NCBI GenBank assembly: GCA_035319205.1
Contig: DATHDD010000047.1
Span: 1 to 49,276, forward strand
DNA from: Burkholderiales bacterium
GTDB lineage: Bacteria; Pseudomonadota; Gammaproteobacteria; Burkholderiales; JAHFRG01
Direction: 5' to 3'
DNA length: 49,276 nucleotides
Part shown: piece by piece, positions 36,726 through 46,626 of the stretch
How the letters are laid out: every line of letters starts with the position of its first letter
Position numbering within the stretch: position 1 is the stretch's first letter
Position numbers and translations under genes: made by a program
The notes under the pieces: generated by a model
The model's input: the letters and a program-made list of their open reading frames with translations, nothing else
Databases searched by the model: none
Told to the model about the DNA's origin: nothing

Positions 36726-37064
36726 TCAGAAAGGCAATTTAAAGCCGGGCGGCAGGCCCATACCTGTAGCAAGCCCGCTCATTTTTTCCTTAATCGTCGT
36801 TTCAACTTTTCTTACCGCATCATTCATCGCTGCGGCAATCAGGTCTTCCAGCATTTCCTTATCCTCTCCCAACAGGCTTTGGCTTATGGAAACACTCTTC
36901 ACATCATGGCCGCAGGTCATGGTCACTTTCACCATGCCGGCCCCTGATTGCCCCTCAACCTCGACAGTAGCCAGCTGCTCCTGCATTATTTTCATATTTT
37001 CCTGCATTTGCTGGGCTTGTTTCATGAGGTCGCCCAAACCGCTTTTCATATTCTCTGCCCCCAA
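36726..37064 (-). CDS. ybaB: nucleoid-associated protein YbaB/EbfC
   Basis: 112 aa with [23 protein letters not shown]. In the dnaX-ybaB-recR order. Confidence 0.9.
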   Translation of the reverse strand: MGAENMKSGLGDLMKQAQQMQENMKIMQEQLATVEVEGQSGAGMVKVTMTCGHDVKSVSISQSLLGEDKEMLEDLIAAAMNDAVRKVETTIKEKMSGLATGMGLPPGFKLPF

Positions 37065-37068
37065 GCCG

Positions 37069-38667
37069 CTATTGAACGGGTTTTATCGATGAATCTATTA
37101 CTTTGGCATCGAAGTTCTCCACCAGTTCACGCACGAAAGGATCTTTTTCGATTGCCTCGATGGCACGCATTTGGCGATCCTGTTTCTCGCGGTGCTCCTT
37201 TTCAGCAGGCGTGTTCCCGCTGCTGCTGCCAACGGCAAGAGAGACAGCCATGTGCTTGCCAAAATAATCGTTCAGCGCGAGTTTCAATTTTTCCTGATAT
37301 GATTTTTCCAGCAAGTGCTTATGCGGCTCAGGCACGCGCAACTCAAGAACGTCGTTACCATAACCCGCTAACTCGCAATGCTGCGCCAGCATCTTAGCCA
37401 TACCTCCTAATTTTAGTTGAGATACCAGGACTGACCAATCTCCATCAAAGCTGTTTTTTTTTAATTTGTTGTCGACCGCAGTATTGACCGACGCACTACC
37501 ACCGCCTACTTCAGGCAGCGAAGCTTGCTGCGGCATTGGCATGGCGAACTTTTTTTCATCAGCGCTTGCTGCAGGGCTATCTGCCGGCATGAACGCCAGC
37601 ATGCGCAATAAAGTCATGCTGAAGCCGGCCTGCTCATCGGGGGCAAGATCAATCTCATTGCGCCCGCGCAGCGCAATATCGTAAAACAACTGCACATCCT
37701 CAGGATTAAAAGCACGGGCCAGTTCAAGAATCTGCGTCCTATCCTGCATATCCATCCCGACAGCCTCGGGCACGGTTTGCGCCAAAGCGATGCGTTGCAA
37801 CAGCGTAGCCAAATCCTGCAACGCTGCTTCCAAGGAAAGGCTGCGGCTTGTCATTTGGTCTACTTGCTCAATAAGTGCAACCCCATCGCGTTTCAGCAGC
37901 GCCCGCAAAATTTCGAACAGGTAGGTCTGGTCAATTGCGCCTAGCATCTCGCGCACACCAGATTCGGTTACCTTGCCCGCATCATGTGCGATTGCCTGGT
38001 CAAGCAAGCTCAAGGCATCGCGCATACTGCCTTGCGCCGCGCGCGCCAGGAGCTGCAGAGCCGAAGATTCGCCTGAAATTTTCTCTTTCTCCAGCACCTG
38101 CTGCAGATAGCCGGTAATCACCATGAAGGGTATCCGCTTTAAATTGAACTGCAGGCAACGCGAGAGCACCGTAACCGGTATTTTCTGCGGATCGGTAGTG
38201 GCAAGGATAAATTTGACATGCTCGGGTGGCTCTTCCAGGGTTTTCAGCATGGAATTGAATGCCTTGGTGGAAAGCATATGCACTTCGTCAATGATGTAGA
38301 TCTTGAAGCGCCCCCGGGTAGGCGCATATTGCGCGTTGTCCAAAACTTCGCGCATGTTGTCTATGCCGGTATTGGAAGCGGCATCGAGCTCCAGCAAATC
38401 AATAAAACGCCCTGAATCAATCTCACGGCATGCTGGACATTGCCCGCACGGCACCGGGGTGATTCCTGTTTCGCAGTTAAGCGCTTTAGCTAGAATGCGC
38501 GCCAGCGTAGTTTTACCGACGCCGCGTGTACCAGTGAAAAGATAAGCATGGTGAAGGCGCTGCTGACTTAAGGCATTGGTTAATGCCTTGACGACGTGTT
38601 CCTGACCGACTAGCTCAGTGAATGTTTTAGGGCGCCACTTGCGCGCGAGAACGTGGTTTACAGACAC
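37069..38667 (-). CDS. dnaX: DNA polymerase III subunits gamma and tau
   Basis: 532 aa with Walker [10 protein letters not shown], a zinc module C..C..CGQCPAC and the sensor SRC ([10 protein letters not shown]). Confidence 0.95.
   Translation of the reverse strand: MSVNHVLARKWRPKTFTELVGQEHVVKALTNALSQQRLHHAYLFTGTRGVGKTTLARILAKALNCETGITPVPCGQCPACREIDSGRFIDLLELDAASNTGIDNMREVLDNAQYAPTRGRFKIYIIDEVHMLSTKAFNSMLKTLEEPPEHVKFILATTDPQKIPVTVLSRCLQFNLKRIPFMVITGYLQQVLEKEKISGESSALQLLARAAQGSMRDALSLLDQAIAHDAGKVTESGVREMLGAIDQTYLFEILRALLKRDGVALIEQVDQMTSRSLSLEAALQDLATLLQRIALAQTVPEAVGMDMQDRTQILELARAFNPEDVQLFYDIALRGRNEIDLAPDEQAGFSMTLLRMLAFMPADSPAASADEKKFAMPMPQQASLPEVGGGSASVNTAVDNKLKKNSFDGDWSVLVSQLKLGGMAKMLAQHCELAGYGNDVLELRVPEPHKHLLEKSYQEKLKLALNDYFGKHMAVSLAVGSSSGNTPAEKEHREKQDRQMRAIEAIEKDPFVRELVENFDAKVIDSSIKPVQ
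37454..37462 (-). other. A9 homopolymer / A-AAA-AAA slippery heptamer inside dnaX (possible gamma-producing shift site)
   Basis: The minus strand reads ..AAC AAA TTA AAA AAA AAC AGC TTT GAT.. at codons 402-405. The -1 frame reads AAA CAG CTT TGA. Confidence 0.35.
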
Positions 38668-38672
38668 TGCTG

Positions 38673-39254
38673 TTAATCAAAGTGTATTTGGAAACGAACC
38701 AATTGGAGGTTTATCCCTGGGTTGGGTTCTTTGATCGAGGCATTGGACATGTGCTGAAAACGGTAGCTGAGATCGTATATGCCGCGATTTCCGAACCGGA
38801 AACCCACGCCCACATGTTCGCCAAACTGAAAGGCGGTGCCTGATCTTATGTGCTCGGTTATGGTGGTGCTCGTCCATAGGTGCGCCCCCACCCCGGCATC
38901 AAAATAAGGCGCGATAGTAGTAAGGTCAGTTTGCTGGTAACGAAAAGTCGGGGTCACACTGAAATCCCCAACATCGTTGTTGACAGGCCCACCGCTGCGT
39001 CCATGTAAAACTCCAGCCGAAGCATCCCAGTATCCGCCAAGATGCCAGCCATGCGCAGCGAACCATTGTTTACCCCAGTCCCATTGCAGCCCAACACGTC
39101 CCACATCTACCCCGTCTCCATGTCCTGCTTCTATAGACACACTGTCAATCGCACTTGCATTAAAACTCGCACTTATAAGAGAGATCAAAATAAAAGCACT
39201 AAGTCTTTTCACTCTGTGTTGATCCTTAGGATTCAGTAATTGTGTGGGCATCAT
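38673..39254 (-). CDS. lipid A 3-O-deacylase PagL-like / acyloxyacyl hydrolase outer-membrane protein
   Basis: 193 aa small beta-barrel with the C-terminal catalytic-type motif FQHMSNASIKEPNPGINL. The likely true start is GTG 39212, giving (M)KRLSAFILISLISASFNASA/ID, a canonical signal peptide. Confidence 0.7.
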   Translation of the reverse strand: MMPTQLLNPKDQHRVKRLSAFILISLISASFNASAIDSVSIEAGHGDGVDVGRVGLQWDWGKQWFAAHGWHLGGYWDASAGVLHGRSGGPVNNDVGDFSVTPTFRYQQTDLTTIAPYFDAGVGAHLWTSTTITEHIRSGTAFQFGEHVGVGFRFGNRGIYDLSYRFQHMSNASIKEPNPGINLQLVRFQIHFD

Positions 39255-39268
39255 AAAGCAAAAGCATC

Positions 39269-39367
39269 AAGGAGGCGAGCCTTGCCCCCGGCACTTGCAG
39301 AATATAGCTGTGGCTGCTTCCTTCCGGACCTGACCAGGTTCACTATCGTGCAATGCGGGGAGGCCCG
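39269..39367 (-). ncRNA. ffs: signal recognition particle RNA (4.5S, small bacterial type)
   Basis: The minus strand contains ACCTGGTCAGGTCCGGAAGGAAGCAGCCACAG, matching the universally conserved SRP domain IV (E. coli CCAGGUCAGGUCCGGAAGGAAGCAGCC). The 5' GGCGGGCC pairs with the 3' GGCTCGCC. Ends are accurate to within a few nt. Confidence 0.88.
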
Positions 39368-39820
39368 CCGTAACCGTTAAAACACTAGATCAGCATCTCC
39401 AGTTGCACTAACAACTGCCAGTAAATAAATCATGTACTGCCCTTAGCCTGCAAACTTTAACCTTGCTGGGACCACTTGTTTGCGGCTATCTGAATCTCTC
39501 AGTGGTGTGGTTACCAATGGCATTAAGCAATGATATGGCATTTTAACAAATCCTATTCACTCTCGTCGGAATTGATCGATTTGTAAGATTACACCGCAGA
39601 GCCGGTACTGCTTTTTTTGCTCGGCCAAGAACTGTGTCATAGTCACGAAAAGTCGCGCTTACTGGCTTTAGGAAAGTGCGTGGAGATGTACACAACACGC
39701 TACGCCAAGTTTAGGCACCACCAGTGTTTACACTAAAAAAATAACGAAATGAAATAGAGCTGGCTATTATTCAATCGGTATTTTACAGCTAATGTATTAC
39801 TGGGAGATAATAATATAACA

Positions 39821-39857
39821 CACTGATATTATGAATTATAAAGAAACCATATCAGTG
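39821..39857. repeat. 9-bp perfect inverted repeat in the acs upstream region
   Basis: CACTGATAT (39821-39829), 19 nt, then ATATCAGTG (39849-39857). Confidence 0.8.
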
Positions 39858-40076
39858 ACATAGTATTTCTGGGTCTTGAGCTGATGTTAGAATTTGAAAA
39901 TTGAAACAATTACGTTTTTTATAATTAAGTCGTTGGAATTGAGATTGCGGTAGACTAATAAAGCTTGAACAATGCTATACAATAAGTGCAAATAACATAT
40001 CCATCAAAAAATGCGTTTCCAGTTATTAAATTTCAAATTAATTTTGACCTGACCCCAGTTATACAGAGGAGTACTC

Positions 40077-42047
40077 ATGTCAACGATTGAATCGGTCCTG
40101 GTTGAATCACGCGTATTTACCCCATCCCCCGCTTTTGTCAAACAAGCCAACATTTCCGGCATGGAAGCCTATCACAAGCTTTGCGCCGAGGCTGAGCGCG
40201 ATTTCGAAGGATTTTGGGGCCGACTCGCTAAAGAGCACGTACTTTGGCACAAGCCTTTTACCAAGGTGTTGAATGAAAGCAATGCCCCCTTCTTCAAGTG
40301 GTTTGAAGACGGCGAGCTCAATATATCCTATAACTGCCTCGACCGGCATTTGAAGACCCAGCCTAATAAAGTCGCAATTATTTTCGAAGCCGACGACGGC
40401 AAGGTCACCAAAATTACTTACAAGCAGCTTTACCACAAAGTCTGCCAATTCGCCAATGGCCTGAAATCGGTCGGCATCAAGAAAGGCGAGCGCGTTATCA
40501 TTTACATGCCGATGAGTATTGAAGTGGTGATTGCGATGCAAGCTTGTGCGCGCATTGGCGCGACCCATTCGGTGGTATTTGGCGGCTTTTCCGCGAAGAG
40601 CCTGCAGGAGCGGATTATTGACGCCGGTGCAGTTGCGGTGATTACCGCCGACGGCCAGATGCGCGGCGGAAAGGAAATTCCGTTAAAACCCACTGTGGAC
40701 GAAGCCCTCGTCATGGGCGGCTGCGACAAGATTAAAAACGTCGTCGTGTACCAGCGCAGCGGCAGCAAAATCAACATGCAGGCGCCGCGCGACAAGTGGT
40801 GGGACGACGTCATCAAAGGACAGGCCGACACCTGCGAGCCGACCTGGGTAAACGCCGAACACCCCTTGTTCATCCTTTACACTTCAGGCTCCACCGGCAA
40901 ACCCAAGGGTGTACAGCATTGCACCGGCGGATACCTCCTGTTCGCGATGCTGACCATGAAATGGGTATTCGACTACAAGCCCACGGATATCTTTTGGTGC
41001 ACGGCGGATGTGGGCTGGGTAACCGGCCATACGTATATCACCTATGGACCGCTGGCAGTAGGCGCTACCGAAATCATGTTCGAAGGTATCCCGACTTATC
41101 CGGATGCCGGCCGTTTCTGGAAAATCATCCAGGACCACAAAGTCACAGTGTTCTACACTGCGCCCACCGCCATCCGCTCCCTGATTAAGGCAGGCGGTGA
41201 TCTGCCGAAGAAATACAACCTTTCCAGCTTGCGCATACTCGGCACCGTGGGGGAACCAATCAATCCTGAAGCGTGGATTTGGTATTACGAAACCGTGGGA
41301 CAGAAACGCTGCCCCATCGTGGATACCTGGTGGCAGACCGAGACCGGTGGACATCTGATCACGCCGCTCCCTGGGGCAACACCACTCAAACCAGGCTCCT
41401 GCACCTTTCCTTTGCCGGGCATAATGGCTGATATTGTGGATGAAGCCGGACACTCCGTGGAGAAAGGCAAAGGCGGTATTCTAGTTATAAAGCGGCCCTG
41501 GCCTGCGATGATCCGCACCATCTGGGGCGATCCCGACCGCTATAAAAAATCCTATTATCCTGAAGACTTCAAGGGCAAATATTACCTTGCTGGTGACGGC
41601 GCAAGCCGCGACGAGGAAGGCTATTTTCGGATCATTGGCCGGATTGATGACGTGCTGAATGTATCTGGTCATCGCCTTGGCACCATGGAAATCGAATCGG
41701 CGTTGGTAGCGAACACCAAATTGGTGGCGGAGGCTGCGGTAGTCGGGCGTCCAGATGACATGACCGGCGAGGCGGTCGTTGCATTCGTGGTACTGAAAGG
41801 CGCACGCCCAAATGGCGAAGATGCCCTAAGAGTCGCAAAAGAATTGCGCGACTGGGTAGGCAAGGAGATCGGGCCGATCGCCAAACCGAAAGATATCCGC
41901 TTTGGCGACAACCTGCCCAAGACCCGCTCCGGGAAAATCATGCGGCGCTTGCTACGCTCGATTGCCAAGGGCGAGGAAATTACCCAAGATATTTCAACTC
42001 TGGAAAACCCGGCTATTCTGCAACAACTGAAAGAAGCTGTTAAATAA
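40077..42047 (+). CDS. acs: acetyl-CoA synthetase (AMP-forming)
   Basis: 656 aa with the Acs N-terminus (..[28 protein letters not shown]), the AMP-binding motif [11 protein letters not shown] and the C-terminal [17 protein letters not shown] lies 5 nt upstream of the ATG. Confidence 0.96.
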   Translation: MSTIESVLVESRVFTPSPAFVKQANISGMEAYHKLCAEAERDFEGFWGRLAKEHVLWHKPFTKVLNESNAPFFKWFEDGELNISYNCLDRHLKTQPNKVAIIFEADDGKVTKITYKQLYHKVCQFANGLKSVGIKKGERVIIYMPMSIEVVIAMQACARIGATHSVVFGGFSAKSLQERIIDAGAVAVITADGQMRGGKEIPLKPTVDEALVMGGCDKIKNVVVYQRSGSKINMQAPRDKWWDDVIKGQADTCEPTWVNAEHPLFILYTSGSTGKPKGVQHCTGGYLLFAMLTMKWVFDYKPTDIFWCTADVGWVTGHTYITYGPLAVGATEIMFEGIPTYPDAGRFWKIIQDHKVTVFYTAPTAIRSLIKAGGDLPKKYNLSSLRILGTVGEPINPEAWIWYYETVGQKRCPIVDTWWQTETGGHLITPLPGATPLKPGSCTFPLPGIMADIVDEAGHSVEKGKGGILVIKRPWPAMIRTIWGDPDRYKKSYYPEDFKGKYYLAGDGASRDEEGYFRIIGRIDDVLNVSGHRLGTMEIESALVANTKLVAEAAVVGRPDDMTGEAVVAFVVLKGARPNGEDALRVAKELRDWVGKEIGPIAKPKDIRFGDNLPKTRSGKIMRRLLRSIAKGEEITQDISTLENPAILQQLKEAVK

Positions 42048-42070
42048 AAGCAAGCTGGCAACACCGCCAA

Positions 42071-42106
42071 AAAAAAGGGCGCGGGATTGCGCCCTTTTTC
42101 GTTTTT
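42071..42106 (+). terminator. intrinsic terminator after acs
   Basis: A run, GGGCGC-GGGATT-GCGCCC, then TTTTTCGTTTTT. Confidence 0.75.
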
Positions 42107-42163
42107 ACAGTTACACTGACCGCTATAATGCTTCTATGACGTGTTTGTTTGCGTAAGGAGACT

Positions 42164-42379
42164 ATGATCTCTTCATTGATTAGAGGACAACGCTTAGTAG
42201 CGCTGTTTCTACTGGGATGCCTGCTGTTCAATTATCCTTTGCTTTATCTCTTTAACACCAAGAGCCAGATCCTCGGCATCCCCGTTCTCTACGCCTATAT
42301 TTTTGCCGCCTGGGCACTGCTGATCGGCTTGATGGCCTGGGTGGTGGAGCGCACAAACCGCAAGGACTCCAAGGACTGA
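42164..42379 (+). CDS. small two-TM membrane protein of the symporter-associated kind (DUF3311/DUF4212-like position)
   Basis: 71 aa from ATG 42164, with AAGGAG just upstream (the track uses the TTG at 42149). It has two hydrophobic helices around ..FNYPLLYLFN..GIPVLYAYIF.., and lies 21 nt upstream of the symporter-kinase gene. Confidence 0.6.
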   Translation: MISSLIRGQRLVALFLLGCLLFNYPLLYLFNTKSQILGIPVLYAYIFAAWALLIGLMAWVVERTNRKDSKD

Positions 42380-42400
42380 CCAGGAACGCGGGGGGCAACA

Positions 42401-45181
42401 ATGCTGCCAGGGTGGGTCATCATCGTTACCTCTTTCACCTATCTTGGTATTCTTTTCGCTATCGCTTATTACGGCGACAAGCGCGCAGATGCCGGGCGCA
42501 GCATAATTGCCAATCCGTATGTGTATTCCCTGTCGCTTGGCGTTTACGCCACCGCATGGACTTTCTACGGCAGCGTTGGACGAGCGGCAAGCAACGGCGT
42601 AGGCTTTTTGCCGATTTATCTCGGCCCTACACTGATGATCGCCTTATGGTGGCTGGTGCTGCGAAAAATCATACGTATCAGCAAGGTCAACCGCATTACA
42701 TCATTGGCCGATTTCATCGGTTCACGCTACGGCAAAAGTGCCTTGCTTGCGGGACTTGCTTCGGTTATCGCAGTTGTCGGTATCGTTCCCTACATTTCAT
42801 TGCAACTTAAAGCAGTATCTACCAGTTTCACCATATTTTTGCAGTACCCACAAATCGTCATGCCGATTAAACTGGGTGCGGTGCCGGTATTAAGTGATAC
42901 CGCTTTTTATGTGGCTTTACTGCTGGCTGCATTCACCATTCTATTTGGCACACGGCACCTGGATGCATCGGAACGTCACGAAGGCATGGTGGCGGCGATT
43001 GCTTTTGAATCGCTGGTGAAGCTTCTGGCATTTCTGGCGGTAGGTTTTTTCGTCACCTTTAGTATTTATAACGGCTTCGCGGATATTTTCGCCCACGCCG
43101 TCACCAATCCGAATTTACAGCCGCTGCTAACTCCCATGGATGGAGTTGCTGGAAGCTACGGTAGTTGGGTTTGGCTGACAATACTGTCGATGTTCGCGAT
43201 CATGTTTCTGCCACGGCAATTCCAGGTATCTGTCGTGGAAAATGTTAATGAAAATCACTTGAACAAAGCAATCTGGTTATTCCCCCTTTACATGCTGGCC
43301 ATCAACATTTTCGTATTGCCTGTGGCATTCGGCGGCCTGATGCAATTTCCAGAAGGAATCGTGGACGCCGATACCTTCGTGCTCACAGTACCTATGGCGG
43401 AACGGCAGCAAGGCCTGGCGTTACTGGTTTTTATCGGTGGCCTGTCTGCCGCCACCGGCATGGTGATAGTTGAAACCATCGCGCTAAGCACTATGTTGTG
43501 CAACGATCTGGTGATGCCGGTGCTGCTGCGGCTGAAAATGCTACGCTTGACTGAACGCAGGGATTTGAGCAGTTTGCTGCTTGGCATCCGTCGCGGGGCC
43601 ATCGTGCTGGTGCTGCTGCTGGGTTACGGTTATTTCCGCTTGGCCGGTGAAGCTTATGCGCTGGTTTCCATCGGACTTGTTTCTTTTGCCGCGGTAGCAC
43701 AGTTCGCGCCGGTAATCCTGGGAGGGATTTTCTGGAAAGGCGGGACGCGAATGGGAGCGCTCGCGGGATTGAGCATAGGCTTCTTGGTATGGGGTTATAC
43801 CCTGCTTCTTCCAGCGTTTGCCAAATCCGGCTGGCTGCCCATCAGTTTTCTCGAACAGGGACCTTTTGCCATTGCTTTTCTAAAGCCGCAACAATTATTC
43901 GGCTTGGCTGGTCTTGACGAAATCACTCATGCCATGATTTGGAGCATGCTGTGCAATATCGGCGCCTATGTGGGCGTGTCTCTCATGGGCCGCTCCAGCG
44001 CAATCGAGCAAGCTCAGGCCACACTATTTGTGGAGGTATTTAAACAAACCGGAGAAAGTGGTGGTTCTCGTTTCTGGCGCGGTACTGCTTCAGTTCCGGC
44101 ATTGCACGCTATGCTGGGAAGGTTTCTTGGGCGGGAACGGGCCGACGAAGCCTTTGCATCCTATGCCCGGCAGCGCGGGTTGAGTTCTATCAACGAAATT
44201 ACAGCGGATGCAGCCCTGGTCAATTTCGCAGAAACATTGCTTGCGGGCACAATTGGCGCTGCCTCAGCCCGGGTAATGGTGGCGTCAGTCGTTGAAGAAG
44301 AACCATTAGGTATTGACGAGGTAATGAATATTCTTGATGAAACTTCACAGGTCATTGCCTACAGCCACAAACTGGAACAGAAATCCCACGAACTGGAATC
44401 TGCCACCGCTGAATTAAGGGCGGCTAACGAGCGTCTCAAGGAGCTGGACAAGCTCAAGGACGACTTTATTTCAACCGTATCGCATGAACTACGCACACCA
44501 CTCACTTCGATTCGTGCCTTGTCCGAAATATTGCACAGTTACCCAGAATTGAATATTCCAGAACGCAGCAAATACCTGAACATTATTGTCAAGGAAAGCG
44601 AAAGGCTTACGAGGCTCATCAACCAGGTTCTGGATCTGTCCAAGATCGAATCGGGAAGCGTCGAATGGAACATTACCGAAGTAGACCTCAAAGGGGTTAT
44701 TGAAGATGCAGTCTCGGCGACCAGCCAATTGTTCAAGGAGAACAATGTCAGGCTTGAATTGCATCTTTCCGAAAAATTGCCGGTGATTCGTGTCGACCGG
44801 GATCGGCTGATGCAAGTCATCATCAATATGCTTTCCAATGCCGTCAAATTTTGCGACAGACAAGCAGGTCTTGTTTCCGTACGTTTGCGTCAGAATGCAC
44901 AATCATTACGTGTAGATGTGCACGATAACGGGCCCGGCATCAGTCCCGGAGATCAACACATTATCTTCGAAAAATTCCGCCAGGCCGGCGACACCTTGAC
45001 GGAGAAACCTCAGGGAACAGGATTGGGTTTGACTATCAGCCGACACATTATCGAGCATTTCAATGGCAGATTATGGGTTGAAAGCGAGATCGGTAAAGGC
45101 GCGACTTTTTCCTTTACTCTGCCTTTGAAGACTGGAGCCGATTTCCCGATCCCCGGTCACGAGCTCAACCTGGAAACCTAA
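42401..45181 (+). CDS. sensor histidine kinase fused to an N-terminal sodium:solute symporter (SSS/SLC5) domain (CbrA/CrbS-like architecture, no receiver)
   Basis: 926 aa. About 520 aa carry roughly 13 TM helices of SSS type. This is followed by a helical linker and coiled coil, an H-box [13 protein letters not shown], an N-box MLSNAVKF and G-boxes DNGPGI / GTGLGL. Confidence 0.9.
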   Translation: MLPGWVIIVTSFTYLGILFAIAYYGDKRADAGRSIIANPYVYSLSLGVYATAWTFYGSVGRAASNGVGFLPIYLGPTLMIALWWLVLRKIIRISKVNRITSLADFIGSRYGKSALLAGLASVIAVVGIVPYISLQLKAVSTSFTIFLQYPQIVMPIKLGAVPVLSDTAFYVALLLAAFTILFGTRHLDASERHEGMVAAIAFESLVKLLAFLAVGFFVTFSIYNGFADIFAHAVTNPNLQPLLTPMDGVAGSYGSWVWLTILSMFAIMFLPRQFQVSVVENVNENHLNKAIWLFPLYMLAINIFVLPVAFGGLMQFPEGIVDADTFVLTVPMAERQQGLALLVFIGGLSAATGMVIVETIALSTMLCNDLVMPVLLRLKMLRLTERRDLSSLLLGIRRGAIVLVLLLGYGYFRLAGEAYALVSIGLVSFAAVAQFAPVILGGIFWKGGTRMGALAGLSIGFLVWGYTLLLPAFAKSGWLPISFLEQGPFAIAFLKPQQLFGLAGLDEITHAMIWSMLCNIGAYVGVSLMGRSSAIEQAQATLFVEVFKQTGESGGSRFWRGTASVPALHAMLGRFLGRERADEAFASYARQRGLSSINEITADAALVNFAETLLAGTIGAASARVMVASVVEEEPLGIDEVMNILDETSQVIAYSHKLEQKSHELESATAELRAANERLKELDKLKDDFISTVSHELRTPLTSIRALSEILHSYPELNIPERSKYLNIIVKESERLTRLINQVLDLSKIESGSVEWNITEVDLKGVIEDAVSATSQLFKENNVRLELHLSEKLPVIRVDRDRLMQVIINMLSNAVKFCDRQAGLVSVRLRQNAQSLRVDVHDNGPGISPGDQHIIFEKFRQAGDTLTEKPQGTGLGLTISRHIIEHFNGRLWVESEIGKGATFSFTLPLKTGADFPIPGHELNLET

Positions 45182-45198
45182 CGCCAATTAAGCTACCT

Positions 45199-45573
45199 AT
45201 GACCAAGAAAGTGCTCATAGCGGATGACGAGCCCAATATCGTCATTTCGCTGGAATTCCTGATGGGACACTGCGGGTATGTAGTCAGTGTGGCTCGTAAT
45301 GGAGAGGAGGCCCTGCAACAATTAGAAACCTTTAAACCAGACCTGATCTTGCTGGATGTCATGCTGCCCTTGAAAAATGGCTTCGATGTATGTCAAAAAA
45401 TCCGTGAAAACACCAAATTCCAGGCAACTAAAATCATTATTCTCACTGCCAAGGGCCACGTAGCGGAAATCGCCAAGGGCTATGCTCTGGGCGCCGACGC
45501 CTATATCACTAAGCCTTTTGGTACCAAGGAATTGCTCGGGCACGTTGCGCGACTGCTCGGCGATTCCGCGTGA
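45199..45573 (+). CDS. single-domain (CheY-like) response regulator
   Basis: 124 aa containing a receiver domain only: the acidic pair DD (ADDEP), the phospho-acceptor in [10 protein letters not shown] in LTAKG and K in ITKPF. It lies 17 nt after the kinase gene. Confidence 0.9.
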   Translation: MTKKVLIADDEPNIVISLEFLMGHCGYVVSVARNGEEALQQLETFKPDLILLDVMLPLKNGFDVCQKIRENTKFQATKIIILTAKGHVAEIAKGYALGADAYITKPFGTKELLGHVARLLGDSA

Positions 45574-45604
45574 TCATCTCAACGCAGCAATTCCGCATGA
45601 AATC

Positions 45605-46297
45605 TCAGTTCGAGGGCTGATCTTCCAGCATGTAACCGCGGCCGTACAGCGTGCGCACTGTAATACCGCTGCCGTCTATCTTCCTGCGCAGTCGATGGAT
45701 GTACACTTCGATTGCATTGTACCCAACATCATGGTCGTAGTTGTATAACCTTTCGACCATTTGTTCCTTGCTGACTACCCTGCCGAAACGGTTGAGCAGC
45801 GCTTCAAACACCGCAGTTTCCTGTGCTGATAATTCGATTGGCTTGCCGTTGACGGCGGCGACTCGCTCCACCGTATCGTAGCTGAGATGGGCGTGAGTGA
45901 TGCATGGTGTCCCCGCGCCACAACTACGACGCAGCAGGGCTCGCACGCGAGCGTGCAATTCATCCAAGCTGAAAGGTTTGACTAGGTAATCGTCGGCACC
46001 GAGGTTGAGTCCCTGCACTTTCTCATTCGGTTTCTCACGGCCGGAAAGTATAAGTACTGGCAGCCTCGAATTGCGCTTGCGCAAACGGCGCAGCACCTCG
46101 ATACCATCGAGCTTCGGCAGGCCGAGGTCCAGAATGAGCAGATCAAAAACGTTTTCCTTCAGCGCTTGATCGGCGAGCGCACCGTCGCTGATGCAATCAA
46201 CGGCATATCCACACTGCCGCAACGAAAACTGCAATGCCTCGGCAAGACTCGGGTCGTCTTCAGTAATCAATACTCGCAATTGCGCTTCCTCCTCCAA
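45605..46297 (-). CDS. OmpR/PhoB-family DNA-binding response regulator
   Basis: 230 aa with a receiver domain (LITEDD.., LLILDLGLP, LVKPF) plus a winged-helix output (..IEVYIHRLRRKI....TLYGRGYML). Confidence 0.9.
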   Translation of the reverse strand: MEEEAQLRVLITEDDPSLAEALQFSLRQCGYAVDCISDGALADQALKENVFDLLILDLGLPKLDGIEVLRRLRKRNSRLPVLILSGREKPNEKVQGLNLGADDYLVKPFSLDELHARVRALLRRSCGAGTPCITHAHLSYDTVERVAAVNGKPIELSAQETAVFEALLNRFGRVVSKEQMVERLYNYDHDVGYNAIEVYIHRLRRKIDGSGITVRTLYGRGYMLEDQPSN

Positions 46298-46347
46298 CTG
46301 CCATATTGCGAACTGCGCCGCTTGAATTCAGCTATCCCTTGCTGTGA

Positions 46348-46365
46348 AAGGATTTTGTAAGGATT
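46348..46365. repeat. direct repeat AAGGATT x2 with 11-bp register in the RR/MFS divergent promoter region
   Basis: AAGGATTTTGT AAGGATTATTC, with repeats at 46348-46354 and 46359-46365. They sit 51-68 nt upstream of the OmpR-type regulator start codon. Confidence 0.75.
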
Positions 46366-46626
46366 ATTCTATACCATAAATTTGCTACAATAAAAAAGTC
46401 TAATAAAATCAAATTACAAGACGATCGTCAACACCATCTACAATAGGGGATTCGAGGCAACATCGGCAGACACACTGAAGCATAACGAGCTTCGCAACCT
46501 AAACGGTATGCTTTAAGGTGCACCCGCGACGCGGCACTTGTAGGATAGATACTAAATATTGAAAGTAAGGTGGAAGCAGTTTGGTTAGAGGTATTTCGGC
46601 TTAAAACTTTAAGGAGGAAAACAACT

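Noticed and set aside
39596-39618. GCAG-n8-CTGC followed by T7 on the plus strand in the acs upstream region, a possible terminator of an unannotated transcript.
   Set aside because: The stem is only 4 bp and no upstream gene or promoter is evident.
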